Assembly: GCA_950097015.1 (NCBI GenBank) | Contig: CATNEN010000011.1 | Span: 992,001-1,056,000 of the forward strand | From: Macrostomum hystrix | Taxonomy: Eukaryota > Animalia > Platyhelminthes | Length of the DNA stretch: 64,000 nucleotides | Direction of reading: 5' to 3' | Part shown: in pieces, positions 24,031 through 35,223 of the stretch | Layout: each line of letters begins with the position of its first letter | How positions within the stretch are numbered: position 1 is the stretch's first letter | The notes under the pieces: generated by a model | Databases searched by the model: none | Told to the model about the DNA's origin: nothing | Seen by the model: the letters and a program-made list of their open reading frames with translations, nothing else | Translations under genes and position numbers: made by a program

Positions 24031-24704
24031 CTTAAATTTTCTTATATTGGATTTTTGTGAATAATTGCTTTGGTTGTATATAGAAAACCATAATTAGTAT
24101 AGAATGTGAATCCCATTATAAAGTTAAAATAGTACCTTGTGATAAGATTAGAGTCCCATTGTTGTTGCTAAGAAAATAATTACTCCCACTATTTAAATTT
24201 CTAGATAGATCTGGACGACATAAGGAATGAGTTTGGACTTCAATTTAGGATTAGGATCTTCGATTTTTACTAAAACGTGCGATTGAACAATTGGGAGTGA
24301 TAGTTGGAATTAGGCAAAAATTTCCTAATTTGGCTTGACAAATGCAGGCAAAACCAGATAAGACAATAGATTCAGCTACTTCACTTTTTCCGTACAATAA
24401 ATCCATCTCTTTGTCTATACGCCTTGCTTCATCATTGTCAAATTTTGATCTGTTAGTTTTTATCTATTGAATTTGGACAAAGCAAGGGTTGTTTTTTTCT
24501 AGCCTGCTTTAAATCTCTGTCGATCAATCCAGTTAAAGGCCATTTTAGATTTCTCATTGATGAAAGCTTCACTGAATGATCCATGCAGATATGTTCCTTG
24601 TTCTTAAATTAGATTCACCTTTGTCTCAGTATGAAAAATTGTAAAGCGTCTTAGAGCTTAGATAAAGAATATGATGGAAAGAATGAAGAATATTAATTCG
24701 TTGT

Positions 24705-25088
24705 TGGGTAAGTGTCTGGATTGGCTGCTAGGGTAAGTGTCTAGATTGGTTGCTAGGGTAAGTGTCAAGATTGGTTGCTAGGGTAAGTGTCTAAATTGGT
24801 TGCTAGGGTAAGTGTCTGGATTGGTTGTTAGGGTAAGTGTCTAGATTGGTTGCTAGGGTAAGTGTCAAGATTGGTTGCTAGGGTAAGTGTCTAGATTGGT
24901 TGCTAGGGTAAGTGTCTGGATTGGTTGTTAGGGTAAGTGTCTGGATTGGTTGTTAGGGTAAGTGTCTAGATTGGTTGCTAGGGTAAGTGTCTGGATTGGT
25001 TGTTAGGGTAAGTGTCTAGATTGGTTGCTAGGGTAAGTGTCTAGATTGGTTGCTAGGGTAAGTGTCTAGATTGGTTGCTAGGGTAATT
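24705..25088. repeat. 25-bp minisatellite GGGTAAGTGTCTAGATTGGTTGCTA
   Basis: About 15 visible units. Confidence 0.95.
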
Positions 25089-26346
25089 GTGCTAGATGTG
25101 ATAAGTGTTTTAGGAGCTAGGCTTATTTTTAACAGCTAATATTGTTATATAGTTTAAATTAATGAGCACATTTTCACCTGTGATACAGGCCTAATATACT
25201 ATGAGACTATCCAAGAGTTAGTATTGGATTTATGCATCGATAATACTTGGCATTTATCTCTATTTATCTGCGTTGACTGCCCCCAGCTGCAAATGCCAAT
25301 GTCACTCAAGCTAATGTGTACAGGCAAAGTTTCCTATTCTCAAAGTTGCCGCCTGAAATCAGAAACCATTTGAGCATTCCACGGTGGATAAGCTTCATCC
25401 CCGCCCCACCCAGAACTCGCCGAGACTTTCGTGCCTCGATTAGCATCATTTTTCAAGTTGACATATAACTGGGAGTAGAAAAATTCTAGCTTTGGGATCT
25501 TGTTATCTCTGCTCCGACGAAAATATTGAGCTGCTTTTCTTGAGTAATAAGTACTAGAAAATCCCTGAGAGACGGCTGTTGGTTCCGCCCATCATCTGTT
25601 ACTGTCTGATGAAAAAGTTTTCTTTAAACTATTTTAGCCTACTTCTTCGGCTCTTAGCCGCCATGCTGTCCAAACTTGTGTACAGACGAACGTGACGCGC
25701 GCTGTTTTACATTTTCATATCCAATCCAAAAAATAGTTTCTGGTTTTTATCAAATTTGCTGACATTCGCAGGGACAATCTAAACGTCAGAGCTGATTAAG
25801 AAAAAGGGAAAACGTAAAAGTACAACTGGCTTTATAGCTTCTAGCTGAAAACAGTGAGTGGACAGTGAAATGTTCAAAAGATTCAAATGGATTACTAGAA
25901 ATTTTATCACGCAATTACTGCAGGGCCAAATTCAGCTTCAACTTATAGTTAGCCTAAAAGCAAACAACGTACAGTAAGCTTTCATTGATTTTCATTTTCG
26001 AGTGCCGCATCAAAAGTATAGTTTTTTAGCTCGTAATTGATTTAATTAATAGGTCCTGTGAGATTTGCGACTGATCTACAAGCAGCTAGTGCTAAGCTAC
26101 AAGTGCAGCGTTGACTAATGGAACAAACACTGCAATAGTGGGTAAGGAATTCGCGACAGGTGTTTACGAGTCGTGGATGCACTGTGGATAGACAACACGA
26201 TACGAGCTTCGTTGAAACCAGAACCAGATGCTTGTATCGTGTCATGTCAGGTGCATCAGTTCTCAGAATAGCCATCTACGTGTACATGAAAGCAAGACAA
26301 CACTCATTTTGTCTGGTTTCTGTCACGTCATTGTCACTAAATGGCG

Positions 26347-27096
26347 TCAGTTGAACTTGTCATTTTCCACCAGCTGTCTACCATCCGCTCGATCGAGCAG
26401 TGGTTGCTCCGCAGCAGCGCTCTTGGCTTCGATAACACCCGACTCTTCGAATCCTTCGCGAAGCTCGCCCAGCACCCAGTCGATGGTCTTCTCGTAGATG
26501 CGCAGCATCGCCGGGGTGCACTTGTCGGCGAGGGTGGCCTGCACGGAGCCAAGAAACGGGTCGCGCATCAGCAGAAAGAAGTCGCCTTTGAAGCCGGTGA
26601 AGTGGCGGTGCCGCCTCCCGGTGGCTCGCAGGCGCTGCTGCATCAGGTCGCGCTTATCAACGTTGACAATGGCCTCGTCCAGCAGGCCCATCACCGTGGC
26701 CGAGTGTCGCTTGAGATCCGGATTGTCGCGAGTCAGCAGGCCGTCCAATCCGTCTGGACTCTCCAGATTAGCGCTGAACTTCTTGAAGATGGCCAGCAGC
26801 AGCGGGTGCTGCTTGAACAGCAGTAGGAACATGTGCACGCCGGCTTTGCAGACTCGGTCGTGCACAAAATTCCACGACGTCCACAACTTGAAGGTCTCCT
26901 GCTGGCTCAGTAGACACTGCGAAGCGTCCCATTCGCGCTCTTCGCCGAGAACCTTGCAGTAGACAAGCTTGCGCTCCTGCTGCTGCTGGTTCGAGTCTTC
27001 GTCCACTGATTTTCCGACATCCTCTGCGGAGCCTTCGCCGGTGGCCTTCAGGCCGCTGCAAAGACCGTTCGATAGTCGCGAACCGGCGCATCCCAT
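26347..27096 (-). CDS. Globin X-like (neuroglobin-related) globin with N-terminal acylation signal, single coding exon, 249 aa
   Basis: MGCAGS start (Gly2/Cys3); A-helix W (LWTSW); B/C GVHMFLLLFKQHP; CD1 Phe (LAIF); distal E7 His (LKRHSATVM); proximal F8 His (TGRRH); G/H helices PFLGSVQATL and IYEKTIDWVL resemble protostome GbX-like globins. Confidence 0.9.
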   Translation of the reverse strand: MGCAGSRLSNGLCSGLKATGEGSAEDVGKSVDEDSNQQQQERKLVYCKVLGEEREWDASQCLLSQQETFKLWTSWNFVHDRVCKAGVHMFLLLFKQHPLLLAIFKKFSANLESPDGLDGLLTRDNPDLKRHSATVMGLLDEAIVNVDKRDLMQQRLRATGRRHRHFTGFKGDFFLLMRDPFLGSVQATLADKCTPAMLRIYEKTIDWVLGELREGFEESGVIEAKSAAAEQPLLDRADGRQLVENDKFN

Positions 27097-27889
27097 TGTG
27101 AAAGTGCGGCGAGGCTTTACTGTACAGAAGAAATTAATTAATTTCAGTTGTTCTCTGCGGTGACTTTAAAGTCTGGGACATTGCCTTATGAAATCCAAGA
27201 CTTCAATTTCATTTGCTCACGCGGTCGCTGCTCTAAGTGAGTCTTGAGTCTCGATCGAGCTCTGTGATTGGGCAGTCCCAAATGCACGCGATCAATCCCC
27301 ATTGCTACTTTGGAAATTACATTTTGACATGCAATGCTAATTATTCCATCCAGTTTGAACTCACAGAATAATTCAATCAAGCCAATAAAGTAGCCAATGA
27401 GCCTATTTCAATACCTGCAGCTTCCTCTTTATCTAACTCATACCCATTCTGTTGCGGATGTTTGAAAAAAAGCATGGGTCCTTTAAAACGGCCCGTTCAA
27501 TGCCCCTTCAAGACACAGGCCGTGCTCTTGAACTAAAAGTACGAATCCAGCCGCGCTGTTTGCTTTACTTTTTTAAACGTAAGTGGATGGATGCACTCTA
27601 TCTACCTCTTGTAAATCTGAAAGCACTCGTTTCAAAAATCCATTTCCGAACTGTTAGTCATAGAGGAGCTGTCACAATTTAGACTTGATGGTTAGAAAAC
27701 TAGATGAAAAAGCTCTGGAACTAAAGCTTAGTAAATGGTTGTTAGTGATCGCTGCTAACATTTTCAGAGCATGCTGACTCTTTTAGCATCGAGTAATTTA
27801 GACTTTAAACATAGAAGTGCACGTTCTTCTAACATACGAGCGTATTACGAGTTATGCACGCTTGCAGATTTCAGTTACTGGAGTCCATA

Positions 27890-28203
27890 ATAATAATTTA
27901 ATAATAATTGATTACACCTGCCCCAATCGGGTCAGATGTGCAGCCGACAGCACAGCCGCAGCTATTGCGCGGCGCATCTGAAGGCTGCGTACGGCTGTTC
28001 AGTCCATGGACTGGGGGGGACGCCACACCCACCTTCAATTATCCCAGCTAATGCTGGTACCCGGCCATTTAACAGCTGGGTGAACTGAAGCAATGCAGAG
28101 TTAAGTGTCTTGCTAAAGGACACAAATTGTTCCAGTGGAGACGGGAATCGAACCCCCGACCTTCAAGTCGTGAGTCCGACGCCCTAACCACTAGGCTACA
28201 ACC
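27890..28203 (-). mobile_element. tRNA-derived SINE family A with CORE-like central domain (best-preserved copy)
   Basis: Head GGTTGTAGCCTAGTGGTTAGGGCGTCGGACTCACGACTTGAAGGTCGGGGGTTCGATTCCC (A and B boxes); body TGTGTCCTTTAGCAAGACACTTAACTCTGCATTGCTTCAGTTCACCCAGCTGT; (ATT)n tail. Confidence 0.85.
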
Positions 28204-29559
28204 TCTCTTGGAGTCCATGTTATCAGCAAAACTAACGAAGACTGCACTTAATAAATTGCATGAAAGAAAGTGTATCTGAGAACGAATGAGCCTTACATGC
28301 ACTCCATGCAAATAAAATAATTGGAAATTTTCGGTCATGCACTGCAAATGATCAAAAGCATGCATTTTTTCCCGAGAAGTCTGAAGAAAAAACTTCTCCT
28401 GGGAATTAATTTGATTCGTTGAACGGCGAATACGAACAGAAAGTCATCCAATTCTACCGTACTCATTATACAAATTGTATGTAAAGCACTTTAAAGAGAT
28501 ATACATGCATAATCTGTTGAACGACCATTAAGCATTTTTTTGTTAAAACGCTCTCACGTTCTCTTAATATAAACTTGATTAAAACAGTCTCCAGGGCGGA
28601 ACGTGGAACAAGTGGTGGAACGATTCAAACTTTTGAACGAGTGCAGTTTCTCGATTCTTAATTTCTATTTCCTTTTAATTAGTATCTGCATGCAGGCGCT
28701 TCTCAGCTGTGTATATATTCTTCCTTCGTCATTCAAGAGTATAGTTGCTGGCTTGACAGGGTCGTCATCACAAACCCGCTATTACTGAGTAAATTACATG
28801 TAATTACTGAGCGGAGAATCATTATAAACAAATGAGGAAAATACCTGCCTTCATTTTTCGTTGAGTGCTGTATAGATTTCAAGGCCGGTACATCAGTTGA
28901 AAAATAATTTGTCAGGAACATCTGTTGGATTAATATGATTTGGCAGATTTATCAAAACTGTTTCTTTATATATACAGCTGTATGTGACAATAGTTACAAA
29001 CGATTTTGAAAATATTATACATATAAGTCTGTATATTTTATATAGTTCTTTGAACGTGCAGTGAGTCTAGCAGGTTGCTTTTGTTACCAAAATGCTTGTG
29101 TTTTTTGTTTTTTTGTGTGCACATTCTGAGCTATGAAAAGTAAAACAAAATTCGCATATCTACATCTAGCCACGTTTTTATAATGGAAAATATGGTTTTT
29201 CTTTGAAAACTTGTCGCTACTTCGTACTATGTGACATATCGGCATTTCTTCTGCACCCCTAAATTGCAGTCCGAGCTCGTATGAGTATGTATTATTGACG
29301 AGAGTTATTGATTGAAGTCGCGAGGCCTAATTGATATTATTGAATCCGTCCAGAAAGTGAGACTATAATAATGTATCAATGAGATGTTTAAAAGCGTGGA
29401 TTTGTTTTGATGCGAATTCGTTGATTGATTCAGTGAACTCTTTGCGGCTGGATGCATTGGGCCACTAGTGAAACCTATAGCTCGTTTCGAAACATTCGTT
29501 ATGGTTAATTGATGAAAAAGCAACTTAAGAGGGTAATAATTTTTCTGAACAATGTAGTA

Positions 29560-30260
29560 AATGTAAAAATGTCCTTTCCTGTTCCTTCCCCTTCCCATGC
29601 CCTAATGACACATACCCTCTTACCTTGAGACTTCACCCAACCAATCACTGCATGCATGGCGATCCAAACCACGTGATCTGCAGGCTGTCTGGTAACCAGG
29701 TCAAGGTCGGGCGGATCATGCGGTCACGGCGTGCGCTTGACTCTGACTCTATAGAAAGGAATCGCGCGCGCCCCTTTCTAGACAATTAACCTTGTAAGTT
29801 TACCTTCGCCTCCCTCGTTCTAACTCTGCATGGTACTTCACCTAGCTTCGTTAACCGCCCGAAGATACCTTCGTCGTCAGCAGTACCTCGTTCTGCTTGC
29901 GAGACTCATCGTGTAACTGTCTTTGCCCATCTAAGAGACATCTTCGTCTATTTGAAATATTTGTCCTTTTTCCTTTGTCCACCTGTGCCTAAATGAGAAC
30001 TCTCAGTCTCTCTGAGTGATTCGGCAACATCCGGCGACGGCGCATCGCGTCGTTTCGATTTCATCGATTTCGGCGCTCTAGTACGCCTGAGGTTACTTCA
30101 ACCGGGATCGCCCTACATCGGTCGTGAACCCTTAACGCCACCTGACTCTCATGTTTTGGTATTTGCCTTTACGCGTGCTGCCAATCTGATAGTACCCTTT
30201 AATCTCTCAAAGCGTTGATCTCTATTTTCTCACCGTTTTAAATATGTTTTGTATAACAGT
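29560..30260 (+). mobile_element. Possible solo LTR or other TE remnant
   Basis: GC/CpG-richer non-coding island starting TGT and ending ATAACA, with a TATA-like TATAGAAAGG near 29750. No TSD and no second copy in the window. Confidence 0.25.
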
Positions 30261-32066
30261 TTTAATTACTGACCAAAATGCAACAATTACGTTGAGAGCA
30301 AAAATTAGGTAAGAAGGGTATTAATTCTAATTCTAAGGTAGGACTCAAACTCAATCTTTAATTCTGCTATAATCACTTCCTTCTCTGCTTATGGTGTGGA
30401 GTGCAGTGAGTATTTTGTGCAACTGCTGCAGAACCAAGAATGTGATTGCGAGACAAACATATATAGAAAATTAATTCAATTAAGGATATACAGGGCTGAA
30501 GTCCTTCGACAGTTAGACGGACACTTGCAGTAGGGCTAGCATGCAGAGCCTTGACGTCAAATGTAATTCTAATCGTATGTAATATAGTATTATTCTTTTA
30601 GACTATTAGAAACGATCGAACTAATGTGTTCCTCCTAAGTTGTAATATATATTCTGCGAATTAAGTTTGAATTTGCAGATATGCATGGAATCCGAGCCTT
30701 AACCTGCTGTGCGATGCTATATATATATAATGTATTTTAATGTATGTATTTTAAATTATACAGCTATACAGCTATACACATATACAGCAGCACATATACA
30801 TGCAGCAAATTAAGCCAGAGATCGAGATTTCGAGGCAGTCATTATATAAATTATGATTTTTAAAATATAAAAATGAGTGTATCGAAATCTCGATCTCTGG
30901 CTTAATTTGCTGCATCACAAAAACCCCGTTGCAATGTTCACCTCTCTTGCTGCCCGTTTTATTCACTGAAAATACCTTAGAGTCATGATCTTCGGCCATG
31001 GACTTTGACCGTTTAACCATGCAACACTTTTGAGAGCGGAATTAAGCCCAATTTCGTCAGCGGCGATAATTATATTTGTCGGATGCCTGCTCGGGAGCAG
31101 AAAAATTTTTTGGTTTTGTAAAAATTACATTACAAATGAAATACGATGCGTTGTATTTTTTTACTGTGTCTTGTTCTGGAACAGTGGAACTGCAATTATT
31201 CTTGATTGGAACGGATGCTCGTGCAAATGCTTTTGTCTTCGTCGAGCATTTTTTCACTTGCCTTATCGGCTACTCATAGAAGAACAATAATGTACGTAAA
31301 ACAAAACATAATGTCGAATTTAAAGCTAATGAATTAAGTTTGTAAATTTTAATGCTAAGTATAAGGATCTTTTGGTTTACTGATTACTCACAATGACGCA
31401 GAGATTTAAAATAATTTATTTCCACAAGAATAAAACAGAACTGATGTAGAAAGTTCTGACATTCTCCGATTCTCTGATAGTAAGCTGTTTTAAGTATGGA
31501 AATTAATATAGTGTTCAGCCGTTTTAATACTTTTTTGTCCAGGTCTTAGTTTTTTAGTTGAATAGTGTCTAGATCTGTGGCAGATAAATGGATAATTCTA
31601 AGTTGTCTACATGATTAAATTAAATCATGTAGCCGTAGGCTACTGCTACAGGTTATACTTAGGAAAAGGGTAACTAGGCTTTCTTATTAATTTCTAGTAA
31701 AATTTATTCTTCATTTCTAATAACCATTCTAATAACGATTCGAAGAGAATGACGAGATCTAATTTCTAATAACCTAAAAACCATTTCTAATTGTGTAAAA
31801 ATCATTTCTAATTAAGTAATTCTTATTGATTAAGAATTAAAAACTTCTCCTTTCTGACGTTCTCTCGAGTCTTGATCAGGGGCTGATTTAGGTACGAGGC
31901 TTGACTGCCCCTTAAAAATTTGTTCATGGATTTATGGTGGCATGGTGCCCCTGAAGCATTGACTGGGGCCCCTAGCCCTAATGGCATCATTTGTGCTTAG
32001 CATGTCCAGATATCCCTAAGCCTAAGCCTAAAGGGGTGATTGGCGCCCCTAATGGGGTGGTTATTG

Positions 32067-32463
32067 GGTACCTGGACACTTCGTCATCTTACAACTTTGT
32101 CATCCACGTGACGATCTATCCAATATCTCAGAGGGTGGATGAAGAAGAGACTTAGACTTGTGGACACTTCGTCATCTATAAAACAAAAGTCTTCAAAGTT
32201 AGAACAGAACCACCCCTCCCCACCTCCTCACATTGTGTTGGCACCTATCTTTCAACTCTTAAAATGAAATCAGTTTTGACACCTCTTTTTGGCATTTTAA
32301 GATGTGAAGTGTGTTCACACCTTTGCCCCACCACCCCACCCTCATTTTATTGATTGCTTATTTGTTATTAGTAGGGCCTACCTAGATGATGAACTGACCA
32401 AAATTTAAAGCATGCCAATTGGCTGGATGACGAAGTTGTAAGATGACGAAGTGTCTAGGATCT
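32067..32463. mobile_element. MITE with ~40-bp TIRs (Merlin/MULE-like), nested in an older CAGGGGCTGATTT-ended element (about 31877-32519)
   Basis: TIRs GGTACCTGGACACTTCGTCATCTTACAACTTTGTCATCCA and reverse complement AGATCCTAGACACTTCGTCATCTTACAACTTCGTCATCCA; flanking 8-9-bp near-duplicate GGTT(A/G)TTG. Confidence 0.75.
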
Positions 32464-33954
32464 GGTTGTTGCCCCCTTCTGTGTCCCATAAGCGCCCCCT
32501 GATGTCCAATCAGCCACCAAACATAATTCCTGTATCTACAACTGGTCTTGATATTATATTTTATGCCAGTTCCTATAGGCCTAGTGAGCTAGCTGAATTT
32601 CCAATTCTATAGGCCTAAGATTACACTTAAACATGATTTTTTAAATATTGTATTTAATTTTTGCAGGCCATCTACCTACATGGTTTGTGCTACATAGGCC
32701 ATGCCCATGCACCACAATGTAATTTAAAATTGACCAGTTGTTTTCCATGAAATCCTGAAAAGCAATAAGCTCCCAGCCATGGGTAATAGCTTACCCTGGT
32801 AACAAATGATCTGATTTGATCATGCTGATCTGGTGATAAAGTTAAATATGGTATTTAATGTAAAAAAGCAAAATGTTGAAGTGTTGAACTAATTATACTT
32901 TTTTTATTTAATAAATCTAGCTGTTTTCATATTCAATGTTTGTCTGAGCATTTATTTCATAGAATTGAGAGTAATTTAAAATCACAAAAGTGTGCCATGT
33001 CTATGCATATACATGTTTATGTAAATTTAAGTTTAACTTGTGACAGACCCAAGAGAAAACAAAACATACAAACAAAATGCACAGACCTGTAGACTGTATT
33101 TGAGTGTGTGTAAAATATTGCCCAATATAGTTTTTAATTTTAATAAAATTTAGTACAATAAAGAAAAGTTATTGTATAGTAACTGTGAGTCATTTAAATT
33201 CATGTACCTAAAGTTGTTGATACTGAAGTGATTGTTACCAAAATGGCTATTACCAAAGTGGATTATATTCCAGCCAGGTCAGACACTGAGGTAGCCAGCA
33301 GGATTTATGAAAAACAGAAGCATGAACTTGTGCTTAAGTGTGCTAGTCTTCTTATAGGGGCTATACTAAAAATGAAAAGCTTGTGGTGGTGTCTGCTGTG
33401 TTCACTTTTCCATGAGAAAAAAACAGCTGAAGCAATTTTTACCATTCTTTTGCCAAAAGATGCCACATTTTCCAACAATGGTACACAACTTTTTGCTAAA
33501 AAATTGCTTCATTCTAAATGGGACAAAAGTTCCAAAAACATGCTTTTTTGCCTAATTTTTCAATGTTCAAACCATCTTGGCCTATTGAGAATTTCAATGA
33601 CTGCAGCTGAATTGGAATTGCATCATCAACTTGTGTACCCTAGCTGACTGAATTAGAAGCCTACACAATCTGGACACAAATTTGAAATAAATTTACACAA
33701 CCTACCTAAGTGTACTCTATTTGTACAAAGCCAGAACTTCAAGAATTCATTTTATAAGGCTAATTTTTGCATCAACAATCCAACAGTCGGAGTAGCCAAT
33801 GTGTAGGCACTAGGATAGGCTAGGCTAGGTGAAGTGTCCCTGGTTCGACTCTGCACTGCATCAAATATTTAAACTAATTGTCAGTCAGTAGTGATGGATG
33901 CAAAGCAAATTATTTTTATTTTGAAAATAAAGGGGAAACTTTTAATTCACTTTT

Positions 33955-34105
33955 GGATGGCAAAACCAGAGTTTGAATCATGGCAAAACCAGAGTTTGAA
34001 TCATGGCAAAACCAGAGTTTGAATCATGGCTAAACCAGAGTTTGAATCATGGCTAAACCAGAGTTTGAATCATGGCAAAACCCGAGTTTGAATCATGGCA
34101 AAATT
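33955..34105. repeat. 23-bp tandem repeat ATGGCAAAACCAGAGTTTGAATC, about 6 units
   Basis: Visible. Confidence 0.9.
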
Positions 34106-34199
34106 TTTCTATTGTCATTGAACTGAATTCTCTACATTTTGATTTTTTTTCTTATAGTGTCATAATGATATATTTTTGTATGATAATAATTTTGCCCAA

Positions 34200-34480
34200 C
34201 ATACATGCGCAACACCCGGCCGACCCGGCCGAACCGGCCGGGTGAAACGAGGGCCAAGCAAGGTAAGTCGCAAAAACCAATCGACCAAGCGCCAAAAAAT
34301 CAAAGGGGGGACCAAGGGACAAAAAAGGAAGGCGTGAAGAAAAGGAAAAAGGGGAGAGAAAAAGAGAGCAAATGAGAGCAAACTAAGTCGTAAATAGAGC
34401 AATGAAACGAACTAAGTCGCAAATGAGAGCAAAAACTAAGTTGCAAGGCCGGCTAAGATTTGGGAGGTTGCGCATGTATG
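34200..34480. mobile_element. MITE with 8-bp TSD (hAT- or P-like)
   Basis: Perfect 14-bp TIR CATACATGCGCAAC, perfect TSD TTGCCCAA (34192-34199, 34481-34488), internal AACTAAGTCGCAAATGAGAGCA repeats. Confidence 0.85.
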
Positions 34481-34569
34481 TTGCCCAATATTCATTTAAT
34501 TGTTGTTTATCTCAATTTTCTACAAAAGCAGCTAATATAAAAAGTCTACTGGGGAACATAGTCCGTTGG

Positions 34570-34900
34570 GGATCATCATCAATGGGGAGTCATCATCAAC
34601 TGAGGGATCATTGTCAACTGGGGGATCATTGTCAACTGGGGAATCATTGTCAACTGGGGGATCATTGTCAACTGGGGGATCATTGTCAACTGGGGAATCA
34701 TTGTCAACTGGGGGATCATTGTCAACTGGGGAATCATTGTCAACTGGGGGATCATTGTCAACTGGGGGATCATTGTCAACTGGGGTATCATTGTCAACTG
34801 GGGTATCATTGTCAACTGGGGTATCATTGTCAAATGGGGGATCATTGTCAACTGGGGGATCATTGTCAACTTGGAGATCATTGTCAACTGGGTGATCATT
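34570..34900. repeat. 18-bp minisatellite GATCATTGTCAACTGGGG
   Basis: Visible. Confidence 0.95.
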
Positions 34901-35223
34901 GTAGCTTAAAAAAACTGAAAATACAGGCTCTGCTAAAAAGTGTATACTATATAGTGTATATGAATTAAAAATATTTCTGCTCCCCAAAGGGAGGGCAAAA
35001 CTTGCTAGTAACTTGCTAAATTTGAGGCTTACTCCTATATTCATACTCTAATAAACTCCTTCTGTAACTCAACTCACTACTTTCAGCTTTAAGTCAATAA
35101 ATAATAATGTTTGAGTCTGATTTGCCACACAATGGCTATGCAAATGGGCACATGTAAGTGATATTTCATTCTTATGAAAAAAATTTACTTAGGGCTAAAA
35201 ACATATTGTACATACCATTTTAG

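Noticed and set aside
24705-25088. Telomere-like TAGGG motif
   Set aside because: Single TAGGGT inside a 25-bp unit; not a (TTAGGG)n tract.
25560-25664. In-frame TGA after MAAKSRRNSNR on the minus strand as a possible selenocysteine
   Set aside because: No similarity to a selenoprotein family I know, no redox motif, no SECIS identified, and the splice model is speculative.
26341-27091. Plus-strand ORFs overlapping the globin; similar antisense ORFs over GH16, TrmH, METTL23 and ZIP
   Set aside because: Shadow ORFs of GC-rich coding sequence with no recognisable motifs.
28140-28203. Apparent tRNA genes here and at 54660, 36405, 44370, 55455, 53665
   Set aside because: They have A/B boxes but no complete cloverleaf with acceptor stem, and continue into shared SINE bodies.
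33228-33647. 139-aa ORF starting at GTG
   Set aside because: AT-rich, no recognisable motif, no compatible splice signals linking it to the catenin gene.
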